Positions 1-13,162 are shown, numbered from the whole stretch's first letter. The stretch is 63,681 nucleotides of DNA, filler included, from Saprolegnia diclina VS20 (GCF_000281045.1; 7 parts of 3 records of this genome joined end to end with filler, not necessarily neighbours in it), one strand, 5' to 3'. The notes: generated by a model not told the origin, from the sequence alone. A program made the numbers and translations.

Positions 1-236
1 TGCTCTAAAATGGACCAATTAACATACAGTATTCGGTTGTGGGATTTCGGGATCTTTCGGCAGCCGCGTTGCAGTTGGCACTCAACTAACTGCTCGACGG
101 TAGTCATGTCGTGTTGCACATCTTTACGAAATCAAGTGCATATCAAGCAAGCAAGCTACTTCAACATTCAACATTGAAGATCATAGTTAAAGTTAAAGTT
201 AAAAGCTTGCTAGGTTCATAGGATAACAAAAGTAAT

Positions 237-252
237 TCAGTTTTACATTTGC
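237..252 (+). promoter_or_regulatory. Oomycete INR-FPR core promoter-like motif (TCAGTTTTACATTTGC)
   Basis: Resembles the oomycete Initiator plus flanking promoter region consensus (TCAYTY..CAWTTTNC), about 160 bp upstream of ATG 409. Confidence 0.45.
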
Positions 253-327
253 CACCAACTCACCCAAGCAACAACGGCCTGCGTGGCATTTTGAACGTTC
301 AAATATTAAAGCAAGGGCCAACGAGCA

Positions 328-408
328 AACAACAAGCTCGTCAACAACAACAACAACAACAAGCTCGTCAACAGCAACAACAACAAGCTCGTCAACAACA
401 ACAACAAC
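328..408 (+). repeat. Compound tandem repeat: three copies of CAAGCTCGT(CAA)n
   Basis: Directly visible. It ends immediately before ATG 409, so it is probably 5' UTR, although one frame reads as ARQQQQQ. Confidence 0.85.
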
Positions 409-500
409 ATGACGAAGCCCAAGAGCAGCAAGGCGGCCAAAGTGACGTTCACGACAAGGGTCAACGATGAGAAGACGGTGCGCGAGATGGCGGTGTTTAC

Positions 501-683
501 GGGCAAGGGCTGGGAAGCGTGGCTCTCCTACGGTCTCGAAATCTTCAACTTCTGCCAATGGCATGGCTACAACTTCGAGATCGAGCACCACATGCGCGAT
601 CTCGAAGTTGTAGCCATGCCATTGGCAGAAGTTGAAGATCTCGAGACCGTAGGAGAGCCACGCTTCCCAGCCAGCCCTTGCCC
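501..683. repeat. Long inverted repeat / fold-back (arms 501-583 and 597-683, 13-nt loop)
   Basis: The reverse complement of 597-683 reproduces 501-583 with one substitution and one 4-bp indel. Confidence 0.95.
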
Positions 684-780
684 AAGCAACAACGGCCTGC
701 GTGGCAAGTCAGGTGTGGCTGGAATACTGAACGCTACACAAATTCTATCAACTTGATATTGGCGTGGTGGATCGTTCTCT

Positions 781-2211
781 CTACTCGCGGGCGGCTTCCA
801 TCTCGGCCCAGTACCGGCGACCGGCCTCGAGCGCGCCACGCACGACTGCATCTTCCTCGTTGCCCGTGTTGATGACGACGGGGTGGTCTAGATACGTTGC
901 GATCTCGCCTTGCATAAACTTGGACTTCATCCCGCCGCCGCAAAAGAGCACCGCGTCAACGTCTTGCGGCGTGAGCTTGGCGTCGGCCAGCGCGGCGGCA
1001 ATAACCGTCCGGCCTTCTGCGAGCGACGGCGCCACGAGCCGCTGCAGCGCCGAGAGTGAAAAGGCGTGTTCAAGGTGCTTGGCGCCCTTTTGGTCGGCCG
1101 TGATGAACGGCAGGTTCACGTGGCTGACCTTGGCCGTCGACAGCTCCTTCTTGGCCTAGCATACGTGCATTCCTAAGCACTTTGTGCTGTAGGCAGTACG
1201 AACATTTTCAGCAGCTTCGCGCAGCCGGTCCATCGCGAGGCTGTCTGTCCGGAGGTCGATGGACGACTTGGCTTGAAACTCGCGCGCGAGAAGCTCAACG
1301 ATTGCGGCGTCGACCGTCGCACCGCTCATGCCTTCTGTCGCCCTACGCATTCCATCCGTCGTCGTCTCTCCTTTGCGAAATCAAGCAGGCTACTTGGACG
1401 CAAGAATGACCGGCGCCGTCGGATCGGTGCAGTTGAGGATCGAGCACTGCGTCTCGACACCGCCCATATCGACCACCGCCACAGTGCGCAGCGTGTCGTC
1501 CCAGTCGGACGCGGCAAACACCGCCGCGATTGGCTCCCGCACGTACCCGAGCACGTGCATGTTGGCCGCTTGCAGAATCGCGCGCAGTCGGTCCTTCTCG
1601 GCGTCGCCAAAGCTCGGGGGCAAGGCCACGACGCACGGGACGCTATCTTCGTCCTTTTCGAGGGCGTTCGCGACTCCTTCGTGGAGCCGGCGCACGAGCG
1701 TTGTGAGCACCGTGTCGATCGTGAACGCGGGGTCGGTCTCGCTCGCATCGACGCCCAGCTGCGTCAGCGGCCGCCAGTGCAGAAGCTCGTCGCGGAGGCG
1801 AGGCACCGCGTTCTTGACGGCGAGCGCGCCAACGATGACCTCGCCGCTGCGGACTTGAACGGCCGAGGGCTCGGCGACGATCGTGTCTTCGTGTGTCCCC
1901 TTGGTGTCGAGACCAGCGAGGCGCGTGCTGCTCAGACCCAAGTCAAGGCCGAGAAGCATCGATGCACGCTCGAAAGGCTGGGCTTCCTTCTCCGCTTGGA
2001 GGCGGCGGTGCGCGCGCAGCGTGTAGTGCGCTGTGAGGGCCAAGCTCGCGCCCACGAGCCCAAGCATGATCGGGTGGCGCTCCACGGGCGCCGTGCTGCG
2101 GAAGCCACGTACATGGTCGTCGTCGCGCCGCAGCGAGACCAGCGACATCGCATGCATGGTAGGCAACGCATGGCGCGGGCTTCGCCGAAGGATTCGTTGC
2201 GCTGCGAGCAT
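781..2211 (-). CDS. Atypical DnaK/Hsp70-family protein, NBD only, with predicted mitochondrial presequence and N-terminal TM segment (3 exons)
   Basis: Motifs GLDLG, VVALPPSF, REPIAA, VVDMGG, IDLRTDSLAMDRLREAAENAKKELS, VNLPFITADQKGAKHL and EDAVVRGA map onto the DnaK ATPase domain. The stop comes right after the NBD. Introns are at about 1157-1199 and 1350-1390. Confidence 0.8.
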
Positions 2212-2544
2212 CCTAAAATGAATGTGGAATGCCGAATCCAATGCAGACGCCGAAAATAAAGTCGACCAAAGTGTGGCACATCGAAATTAGGTGGGTAAGT
2301 TACTTCGCGCGTACAGCGCTCAGCGCGAGCCGAGTCACATATGTAAGACCCTGTAGCATGCATCCAGTATCATGCCGTGTACTCTATCTCTATCTAGTTG
2401 TGCAAAACTTCCAACGGCCTGTGGTGAAGGTACGCGCGGCATGTGCCGAATATACAAAGCGGACGAGGATTTGCTGAAAATAAGCCAATCCCAGACGGCA
2501 CAGCGTCGTACGACGCGTGGATTGGTGCATAATCGAGCGTGGCA

Positions 2545-3913
2545 ATGGATTTGGCCATGAGCAATCGCGACGAGGATGAGCTCAGCGACGCCGCGTATGT
2601 GAGCGCCCGCAGCGACGATTCGTCCGAGGCCGACGACGACGGCGCTAGCAGCATCTCCTCCACGTCGCAGGTTAGCGAGGTAGACGACGCGGTCGTGCAC
2701 GACCACGCCTACCTCGGCGACGACGTGGGCATCGAGCGGCCCCATTCTGCCTACTACGAGCCCGGCGCGGTCGTGGACCTGCCGCTCGTCGTGCTGCCCG
2801 ATATCGTACGACACTCTCGCCTGTCTTGCTTTGCGTATGCTGCACGCGTAGGTGATTTTTCCGGGCGAGACCTTGCCCCTGCGCATGCTCTCGTCGGCGA
2901 CGATCCAGCTCATTACGCTGCGGACGCGGCTGCGGCAAGAGTTTGACACATTCGCCGTCATTAGCACCCTCCACGACGTTCGAATTACAGACAATATGTC
3001 CTCACACATCTCACATATAAGCTAGCCCATTGGGACGGTCGGGACGATCATCCAGATCGAGCGCATTTACGAGCAGAACGACGTGCACCTCTCGATCGTC
3101 GGGCGCGGCTGCCAGCGCTTTGAGCTCTGCCGTATCGCGCACGGCAGCGACGACTACGCGACGCTGGCAGCCTCGGTGCGCGTGCGGCCCGACTACCACG
3201 CCCTCCGAGTACCGTTTGCCCAGTACCACGACGACTCGATGTATCACGTGATGGCCCACGCTTTGCAGTAGGAAGCGCGCCGCCTTTGGCTACTGGCGTC
3301 CGTCCGAGTACAACCTCTTTGACGGGCATGTGCTCGTGCGCAAGGCCAAGGCGATGCTCGCAACGTCGGTCGAGTGGCGCGGCGTGAACGCGCTCGTCGT
3401 TGACGACGCCCACGCCGCGCCGGACGACCCGACGCAGTTTTCGTACTGGCTTGCTGCGCACGTGCACTTGAGTGTCGACGAACGACGAGCGCTATTGCGG
3501 GTCGACTGCACCGTGCGCCGCCTCCACGACCTGCTAACGTGGCTCCACGACCACACATCAAGTAGCATTGCGTGCCGGACGTGTCGCACGCTTCTGGCCC
3601 AGTCGACCGACATCTTCAGCACGCAACGGGTTCAATGCTGTACTTTCTCGAGCTATCGACTCAGAAACGGGAATAGGCAGGCACATTTGTGAATCCGGGT
3701 GGCCACGTGCACCAGATTCTGACCTTGTACAGCGTCCAGAGCGAGCAAATCGTGTGCGTCGGGCGGCCAACGACGCGCGATACGTGGTTTCGAGGCTACT
3801 CGTGGCAGTGCATGTACTGCGGCACTTGCGACGAGTTTATCGGGTGGCGCTACGCGTCCAAGCGCCAGACGCCGCACGTGTTTTACGGCCTCGTGCGCAC
3901 TGCAATTCGGTAG
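2545..3913 (+). CDS. CRBN: Cereblon homolog (LON-N domain plus CULT thalidomide-binding domain), multi-exon
   Basis: HAYLG, LPLVVLPD/IFPGETLPL (LON-N), CRTC, FVNPGGHVHQILT and TWFRGYSWQCMYCGTCDEFIGWRY (zinc cysteines plus tri-Trp cage). Confidence 0.9.
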
Positions 3914-4133
3914 CTCCTCGTAACGCAACTCCAGATGTCATGGTTACGATCTGCATTCTCCGGCGACCGCACCCGTCACCCTGTCGACGTGAGCGATTCA
4001 GTCGAACGTTATTGTCGCAACGGAATGACTAGACGACGAGCTAATTATATGAACAGAGCGACTTGATTGGCGCGCTAATCTCAGACCAGACAGCCGAGTT
4101 GCATTTGTGAAACACCCTTGGTGCCTCGGAGGC

Positions 4134-6323
<2,190 letters not shown>

Positions 6324-6382
6324 GCCCAGGATGTCAAGTTTCGTGGATCTTTAAATTTGCGTTCAAGTGTTATAGAAAAAGA

Positions 6383-7478
6383 CTAGGGTGGGGTCTGCGG
6401 CGACCAGCGCCACACGGCCGCGCTCTGCACAAAGAGGTGCTCCATTGCGCGCAAGAGCTATGCCAGGAAAGGGTTAGCAGACATATAGGAGCCGAACGTA
6501 CGTCGTCGACTTCGGACTTCGTGAGCTGGCTGCGCATGGCATCGAGCCACGTGAAGATCGTGTGCAGGCACTGCGTTGTGGCCAGTAGGTCGTCCTTGGC
6601 CTGTTTATGCTACGAGACATGGACCGTGGATCTCCTAACGTTTCTGATGCATATATATATGCGTACCTCGAGTGTTCGCTCCTGGATGAGCTGGATGGAG
6701 GCCTTGGTTTTTGCTTTGTTGAGCTAGCCAGTTGGGGTTAGGTATCCATTATCCATCAAAGTGGTGGAGGCGCCGACCTTGCGCTGGGCCGAGTCGAGTG
6801 TGACCTTGATTTGCTCTCGCACGGCCATAAAGACCTAGTTGCATATGTGTGAATTGTGGGAAGCTATGTCTCTATCGCGCACCTCGACTTCTTCGAGCTT
6901 GCGCACTTTGTTCTCGAGCGGCTGGACGACGGTGGCGTGAAGCCGCACCTACAGCGGTCCGTCTGTGTGTGTGGTACATTCTGGTATAGCTACGTACGCT
7001 GCACGCGATAAACGCGGTTTCCATGGACGTAGCCGCGACGACGATGTCCATGCGGGCGTCTTCGAAGAGGGCGCTCACCTCGGTGCGCTTGATGTCGCGC
7101 CAGAGCTCGGCCATCTCTACGGACGATTCCGCTAAGAATTCTTAGTCCGCGAGGTTGGATACCGTAGAGCAGCGACGTAATCCGTCGGACTTTGACCAAA
7201 ATCGATCGCAGCGCCGCGAGCACGTTCTGGATGTCTTCCTGCTTGGCCGCGTACTGGGCCTCGGAGGCTAGCACAGGGCCGGCGTTGGATTTGAAGACGA
7301 AGCGCACCGCCTTGTGGCACGCCACGCGCTTGAGTGCCATCGCGCGCACGTACAAACTCCGCGCTTGGTACTTGGTGACGAGCTCCTCCATCGTCAGCCA
7401 CGCGTGGAGGCCCGGGGTATCCGCCGCCAACATCGTCGCATTGGACAGCGCGGTGATCGAAGCGTGAACGTCTTGCAT
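6383..7478 (-). CDS. Hypothetical helical protein, multi-exon
   Basis: GC3-biased exons (MQDVHASITAL..., MAELWRDIKRTEV..., ...LLRAMEHLFVQSAAVWRWSPQTPP*) are separated by AT-richer segments with GT-AG ends. No family recognised. Confidence 0.6.
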
Positions 7479-8223
7479 CGTGTTCGTTTGGCCAATTGCG
7501 CTGTTTGTGGAAAGGACCGAGATGCTCGCACGCGAGCTTTTGTGGGAAAAGCGAGCAGCTCTCGGGAGAAACGGCGCCAACCGGCTCGCAGCCCCAAGCG
7601 CATGGTCATAGCCACTGGGTCATACCAATGGTATATAAGATCTCTTATATACCCTGGGTCATACCCATGGGTACATATACCCCTGGTCGTGTACCTTGCT
7701 GGCATCCTAAGATCTCGTCCGCTGTGATGCAACGTCGTCTGTCTCTTCTGGCAGGATGTGTCATCGTCGCATGTGCGTCGACCTGCATCACGCATCGGCT
7801 CATCAGGCACTGCCTGTCCAGCAATGTTCCTTCGAGATGCTTTGCACAACCAGTGGTGTCATCCGTGCCGTGTCTAGTAACGTGCGTCAGCGCGTGCCGC
7901 TCCGGGCTTGTCGCGTGGCGCGCTGCTGCTTGTTTACTTGAGCGCGATCGGTTTGTCGTCGGTCGCCATCTGGTGGTCAGGATAACCAAGTCAAGTGATG
8001 GTGCAGTAGCATGGCTGCGCTTTGGCCGCCGGCCGAGGCATCGCCGACCAGCAATGTGGCTTGCTCGTACCTGACACGACTGCGTTGACGTCATTCCTTC
8101 CATGACGTTAAGGTCGCCGTATGGCTCCGCAGAGCTCCGTCGGCGCTTCGAGATGCATGTGCCACGGTGCAAGCTCGGAATGGGTCCGGACGCCAGCTGC
8201 GGGCCATTTTCTATTTCGCCATT

Positions 8224-8631
8224 ATGATCCGCGTCCGAGGCGTCGGCCACGTCGTGCTCCGCGTGCGGACGATCCAGCTCGCCGAGATGCTGCGCTTCTA
8301 CATGGACATCCTCGGCTGTCCGATCGAGCGCGTCCAAGAGGACATTGGCCTCTACCAGCTGCGCGCGGGCCGGAACCTCCTCGACTTTGTGCTCGCGGAA
8401 GGCAAGCTCGGCCGCGCCAAGGCCAAAGACCCACAGACGCCCGACCACCTCTGCCTCCAAGTCGACTCGTTTGACGCGGCGCACGTCCGGCGAGACCTCA
8501 TCCACGCTGGCGTCCGCGTCGGCGACTACGGCGCGCGCTACGACGGCCACGCGTGGAGCCTCTCTATTTATGACCCCGAGGGCAACGTGATCGAGCTCAT
8601 GGGCCCTGAGACCAACGCGACCGTCTTGTAG
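8224..8631 (+). CDS. VOC/glyoxalase-bleomycin resistance superfamily protein, intronless, 135 aa
   Basis: GHVVLRV...RFYMDILG, DHLCLQV and YDPEGNVIEL give the His/His/Glu metal-ligand pattern of paired VOC modules. Confidence 0.88.
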   Translation: MIRVRGVGHVVLRVRTIQLAEMLRFYMDILGCPIERVQEDIGLYQLRAGRNLLDFVLAEGKLGRAKAKDPQTPDHLCLQVDSFDAAHVRRDLIHAGVRVGDYGARYDGHAWSLSIYDPEGNVIELMGPETNATVL

Positions 8632-9320
8632 CTAACGTATATATCCTCCTACTCGACCCCACATCACGTCCACCTCTGGCATGGGACTGCAGAGCTGGTG
8701 CGTCATCGGCGGCGACGTCCATGGTCCATCGCCCACCGCGAGATCCCTTCGCCGCAGCGCTGTCGCCAGCGCCGCGACTTGCTGCAGCGCACGCCTCTGT
8801 GCCCAGCAACCGTGTCTGTGTCGCCATCGGACCGTGCGTCACAGCAAGCAACGCCTGGTCGGCCGAGTAGCTCCGGTGCGTGCACGGTCAGCTGCTCCAG
8901 CCTCTGCTGGACGGCTGGCGGTCAATGACTGGCGGTGAGGCGCAGCACTCGTACGTGTCGAATGGATCGTCGGTGGGCCGACGATCTGGGCGGGGCACAG
9001 TGCTCAGCTCCGTGCCTGGGTTGGACGAACTGCCTGTCTCGAGTGCGGCAGCAATGTACTGTACTATAGCAGAACTCCTACATGTACCTTTACTGCCATA
9101 GGGCTAGCAAGTTGCAATGCTTGGAGCGATGAGCTCTTCCTTGCTGTGCAACGTGGTGACCAGTACCAGTAGCTCGGATTCCATTGCTTGTCGGCTGGAC
9201 AGGCGTGTCGTCGTTGTCACGCGGTCGTTGTTGCGTGCGATTAGCCACGAATTACGGAAAGGTCGGGTAGGAATTCCAGAGGTATCCGGACGTCCATTGA
9301 AGGTCGCGCGGTGGACGGCG

Positions 9321-10293
9321 ATGTTTCGCATGCGCAGCAGCGAGATGGAGTTCCTGGTGCGAAGATGCCCAGCATGGAGATGCATCATGGACGCATAGGC
9401 GGAACAAGAGCTCGTCTCGGTCATGCCCTTCTTCGAGCTCAAGGAGAATGGCGGCTTGCTCCATGGCATCAGCGTACGGCGACGCTTCGCTGCATGATCC
9501 ATCATGCTACGCTAGGGCGACTTTGGTCCGTTCCACCCGTCGATGGCGACGCACGTTCCTCTTTGGCTTGCGATCAAGCTCAAGCAGCTCAACAAGTGCC
9601 GGATCCTCCAGCCGTCCTGGTTCACCGTCGGTAGGTCATCGATCACATCCCATGCGATCCTCATACGCGTAGAGCACTTGATGGAGCGCTTGGAGGGCGA
9701 AAACACGAGCGAAGCCTTCGAGTCGCTGCCGTTCCACTACCTCGAGATCGCGACGCTCCTCCTCAAGAAGTACGTACGCAAAAGATGTAGCTGCGGTGGG
9801 CTCATGGGCCCCAGTGCACCCGACGACATGGAGCAGGCCGAGAAGATGCGGCTCATCCTCGAGGACATCCAGCATACGCGGCAAGAGAAGATCCGCAACG
9901 GTCTCTGCGTCCTTGCCAAGGACGTGCAGACCGGTGGCAGTGCCCATGCTGTCCAGCTCAACAACGTCGCCGCCATGGAGATCAATTCGGTGCGGCAGTT
10001 TATGACCAAGGTAGAGCAACCAACATCTCTACCTCTTATCGACCATGCGCACTCCATTGGTAGTCGCTCAAGAAGTTCTACGAGCTCAACGTCATGGGTG
10101 GCGCAGGTTCGCGACTCTTCATCCTCGGTGCGTGTGCTAACTTGCGTGGTAGAGGTCATTTCCCAGAGCCAGAGCCAGAGCCAAGCTTCGTCCATGGGTA
10201 TGTTGTTCTTGCTGCAACGACAGCTACATTGGCTATTGCTTATTCTTAGATGCGACACCCAGCAGTGTGTCCCGGCTTCGGCGTCACCGCTAA
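9321..10293 (+). CDS. GINS2: DNA replication complex GINS subunit Psf2, multi-exon
   Basis: EMEFLAEQELVSVMP, GDFGPF, VPLWLAIKLKQLNKCRI, LPFHYLEIATLLL, LEDIQHTRQEKI and LNNVAAMEINSVR are Psf2 hallmarks. The start codon is uncertain (9321/9330/9345). Confidence 0.92.
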
Positions 10294-10303
10294 GTCGCTA
10301 CAA

Positions 10304-10582
10304 CTACACGTACCGAGGCTTTGTCTCGGTGGATCCTTTCTTCTTCGACTTGGTTGGCGTCTTCTTGCCAGTGGCTTCGATCGGCAGTAGCGTCGCCTTG
10401 CCGAGTGTACTGGGCGGCAGCGTCGTGACGGCGACGGGCGTGATGGGGCCGACGGGGGCCTGGTTCTTCTGAGCGAACGACGCTTCCCGCTCGCGCTTGT
10501 CTTCTTCGGCGGCCGCGACGCAGCAGATACCGCAGAACGCGGCGCAGGCAATGCCGCCGCAGATCTCTTCGGCTTCGCTCAT
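10304..10582 (-). CDS. Small protein (92 aa) with a Cys-rich hydrophobic N-terminus and Lys-rich C-terminus
   Basis: MSEAEEICGGIACAAFCGICCVAAAEE..., coding-like codon bias and an INR-FPR motif just upstream. Confidence 0.6.
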   Translation of the reverse strand: MSEAEEICGGIACAAFCGICCVAAAEEDKREREASFAQKNQAPVGPITPVAVTTLPPSTLGKATLLPIEATGKKTPTKSKKKGSTETKPRYV

Positions 10583-10589
10583 CGCGGTG

Positions 10590-10604
10590 GCAAATCTCAA
10601 GTGG
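10590..10604 (-). promoter_or_regulatory. INR-FPR core promoter (CCACTTGAGATTTGC on minus strand)
   Basis: Consensus-like motif 7 bp upstream of ATG 10582. Confidence 0.5.
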
Positions 10605-11436
10605 GTATCTTGACACGGCGGCGCCGGGATCTCAGCGCGAACGTTCGGCATCTCGTCCGTCAGATTCGCTTCCGCCTCAGCATTGCTAGCAAGCTGTGCC
10701 GATCTGCCCACTGGTAATTACGCCCTCCGTCGAGCCTTCAGGGTGATCGTGTCAGAGTATTCTTTGTTTTGGGAAACGTTCAGTAACGTGGCGAGAAGCC
10801 AACCCTTTTTATGATACAGACAGTACAGGCAACAGAGTTGGTACGAAGCGGCGTTGGCCGACAGCTCGACTTCAAGTCCAATATCTTGATGTCGTACCAT
10901 GCGTGCGTTGACTGTGAGGCGACACGGGCACGGCAGCTGTCGCATTCGTGGAAGTCCTGCAGTGGTCACGCGTTCTCGCTCGAGCCTTAGCGCGGGTACA
11001 TGTTAGCATGAAGGAAAAGAAGAGAGTCCTATGGAGGCCTTGAGATGAACGCCGCATTCGGTGCCACGACCCACGACCCATGCCCACAACTAGACTCCCT
11101 CGAAGGTACGCTCTCAATTTGGTTGCAACGCACCGACTTTATAAATGAGGTTGACCGCACGACAAGATGTGGTATATTGACTCAAAGCACAAGATGGGCT
11201 GGCCACGACATTGCTCAGTATGCTTGCATGCTCCCGGTCGCAGCGTAGGAGGCTCGCTGGATGCTCATCAGCGTTTGTGCAAGATCGCCCACAGGACGTA
11301 CATTCTGCTCTGCCACCGGAAAAACACCGGGAAATGGCCGCCATGCATTGGTCATTACGTAAAGCTGTCGCCCAATCAAAAGCGGCGGATTGAGTGGAAA
11401 GCAACCTGAGCCAATGTATTTCAGCTTGTAGCCGCG

Positions 11437-13162
11437 ATGGAGGAGTCGCTGGACGAGAAGGCGCTGTGGCGCGACCGCAACAAGATCTTCGTCGCCGGCC
11501 TGCCGCTCGACGCCGATGACAAGGCGCTCGCCTCCAAGTTTGAGAGCTTTGGCGAGATGTTCCAGGCCAAGGTCGTCTACGACAACAAGACGCAGCGCTC
11601 CAAGGGCTTTGGCTTCGTCACCTACTGCTCGTACGAGAGCGCGCTCGACGCCGTGCGCGACATGGACAAGAAGGTACATCACAAAGCTCGTTCACGTCTT
11701 GGCATCTCATGCAGGGCGGTAGAAATGGGACAACCGTGTCCTGAACGTGCGCTTCCTGACGCCCAAGGGCGGCGCCGCGGGCGCGCCGATGGCGCCGGCA
11801 CCGGCGCCCCGCGTTGTCGAGCCGCGTCCCGAAGGCTGCACGACCATCTTTGTTGGCAACATGCCGTACGAGATCACAGAAGAGATCCTGCGCAAGGTTT
11901 GCGCCGTCTGCGGTGACATCAAGGCGATTCGGTTTGCCGAGGACATCAAGACCAAGGAGTTCCGTGGCTTCGGCTACGTGCAGTTCTACGAAGGCGACGC
12001 GGCCGAGACGGCCGTGCGCACGCTTCATGGTACCGTCGTCATGGGCCGCCCGCTGCGCGTCGATTACGGCGCCCGCGATGCGCCCGAGGTCTCGGAGATG
12101 AAGGAAGCCCTTCAGAAGAAGCTCAAGAAGGGTATTTGCCACAAGTTCCAGCAAGGTTTGTGTGACCGCGGTGACGCCTGCAAGTTTGCCCACATTGAGG
12201 CCAACGACCCGATGACGGGCGGCATCCCGGTGATCAAGACCGCGGCCAAGGCCGGGCCGCGCTGCATCAACAACGTCCCGGACGATGCACCGGTGTGCAT
12301 GGGCTTCCAGCGCGGCAACTGTACCCGCGGCGACAAGTGCAAGTTCCGTCACATCGTCGGCGAGACACCGGTGGACGAGACACCGGTGGCCGAGACGCCA
12401 GCGCCGGCGCCGGCACCGACGTTCGTCGTTGTCAACAACGCCCCGGAAGACGCGCCCATTTGCATGAGCTACCGCCGTGGCAAGTGCAAGCGCGGGAACC
12501 TTTGCAAGTTCCGCCACATTGATGGCGACCTCCCAGACGAAAACGACGATGCACCGGTGGCGGTTGCGGCACCAGCTGCCGTTGTGGCGCCGGTCGTCGA
12601 AGACGCTGCCGACGACGTCGACGACGACACGCCGATTTGCAAGAGCTACCAGCAAGGCAAGTGCAAGCGCGGTGCGCAGTGCAAGTACCGCCACGTGGGT
12701 GCGCCGCCGACGCCGGTGCGCGCGCCTGTGGCCATGATTGGTGGGCTTGCCGTATGTCAAAAGTTCCTCAAGGGCCAGTGCGCCAAGGGCGGCACCTCGT
12801 GCCGCTTTGCGCACCCTGGCGAGTCGCAGGCGGTCGCGGACGCCAAGTCCGAGTACCAAAAGCGCTTCCAGAGCGTGTGCTACAACTGGCAGAACGGCGG
12901 CGCGTGTGCCCGTGGTGACAACTGCCCGTTCGAACACAACAACGCGCACGTGGCCAAGACGACGACGACGACGACGACAATGGTGCCTGACGTCGATGAC
13001 GAGCCCGAGGCTCCCGTCGCCAAGAAGGAGAAGAAGGAGAAGAAAGAGAAGAAGGAGAAGAAGTCGAAGCGGGCTGCCGACGACGATGAGGAGGATGAGG
13101 ACGACCGCGCGGCGCGGAAGAAGGCCAAGAAGGACCGAAAACAGAAGCGAAGCGAAGACTAA
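11437..13162 (+). CDS. RNA-binding protein: 2 RRM, 6 CCCH zinc fingers and KKE-repeat tail (intron 11674-11722)
   Basis: RNP motifs KIFVAGL/KGFGFVTY and TIFVGNM/RGFGYVQF; six C-x7/8-C-x5/6-C-x3-H fingers; KKEKKEKKEKKEKK tail. Confidence 0.92.

Noticed and set aside
328..408. Repeat-spacer look suggesting CRISPR, or a polyQ protein
   Set aside because: The spacers are simple CAA runs in a eukaryote, and the polyQ frame lacks an ATG start.
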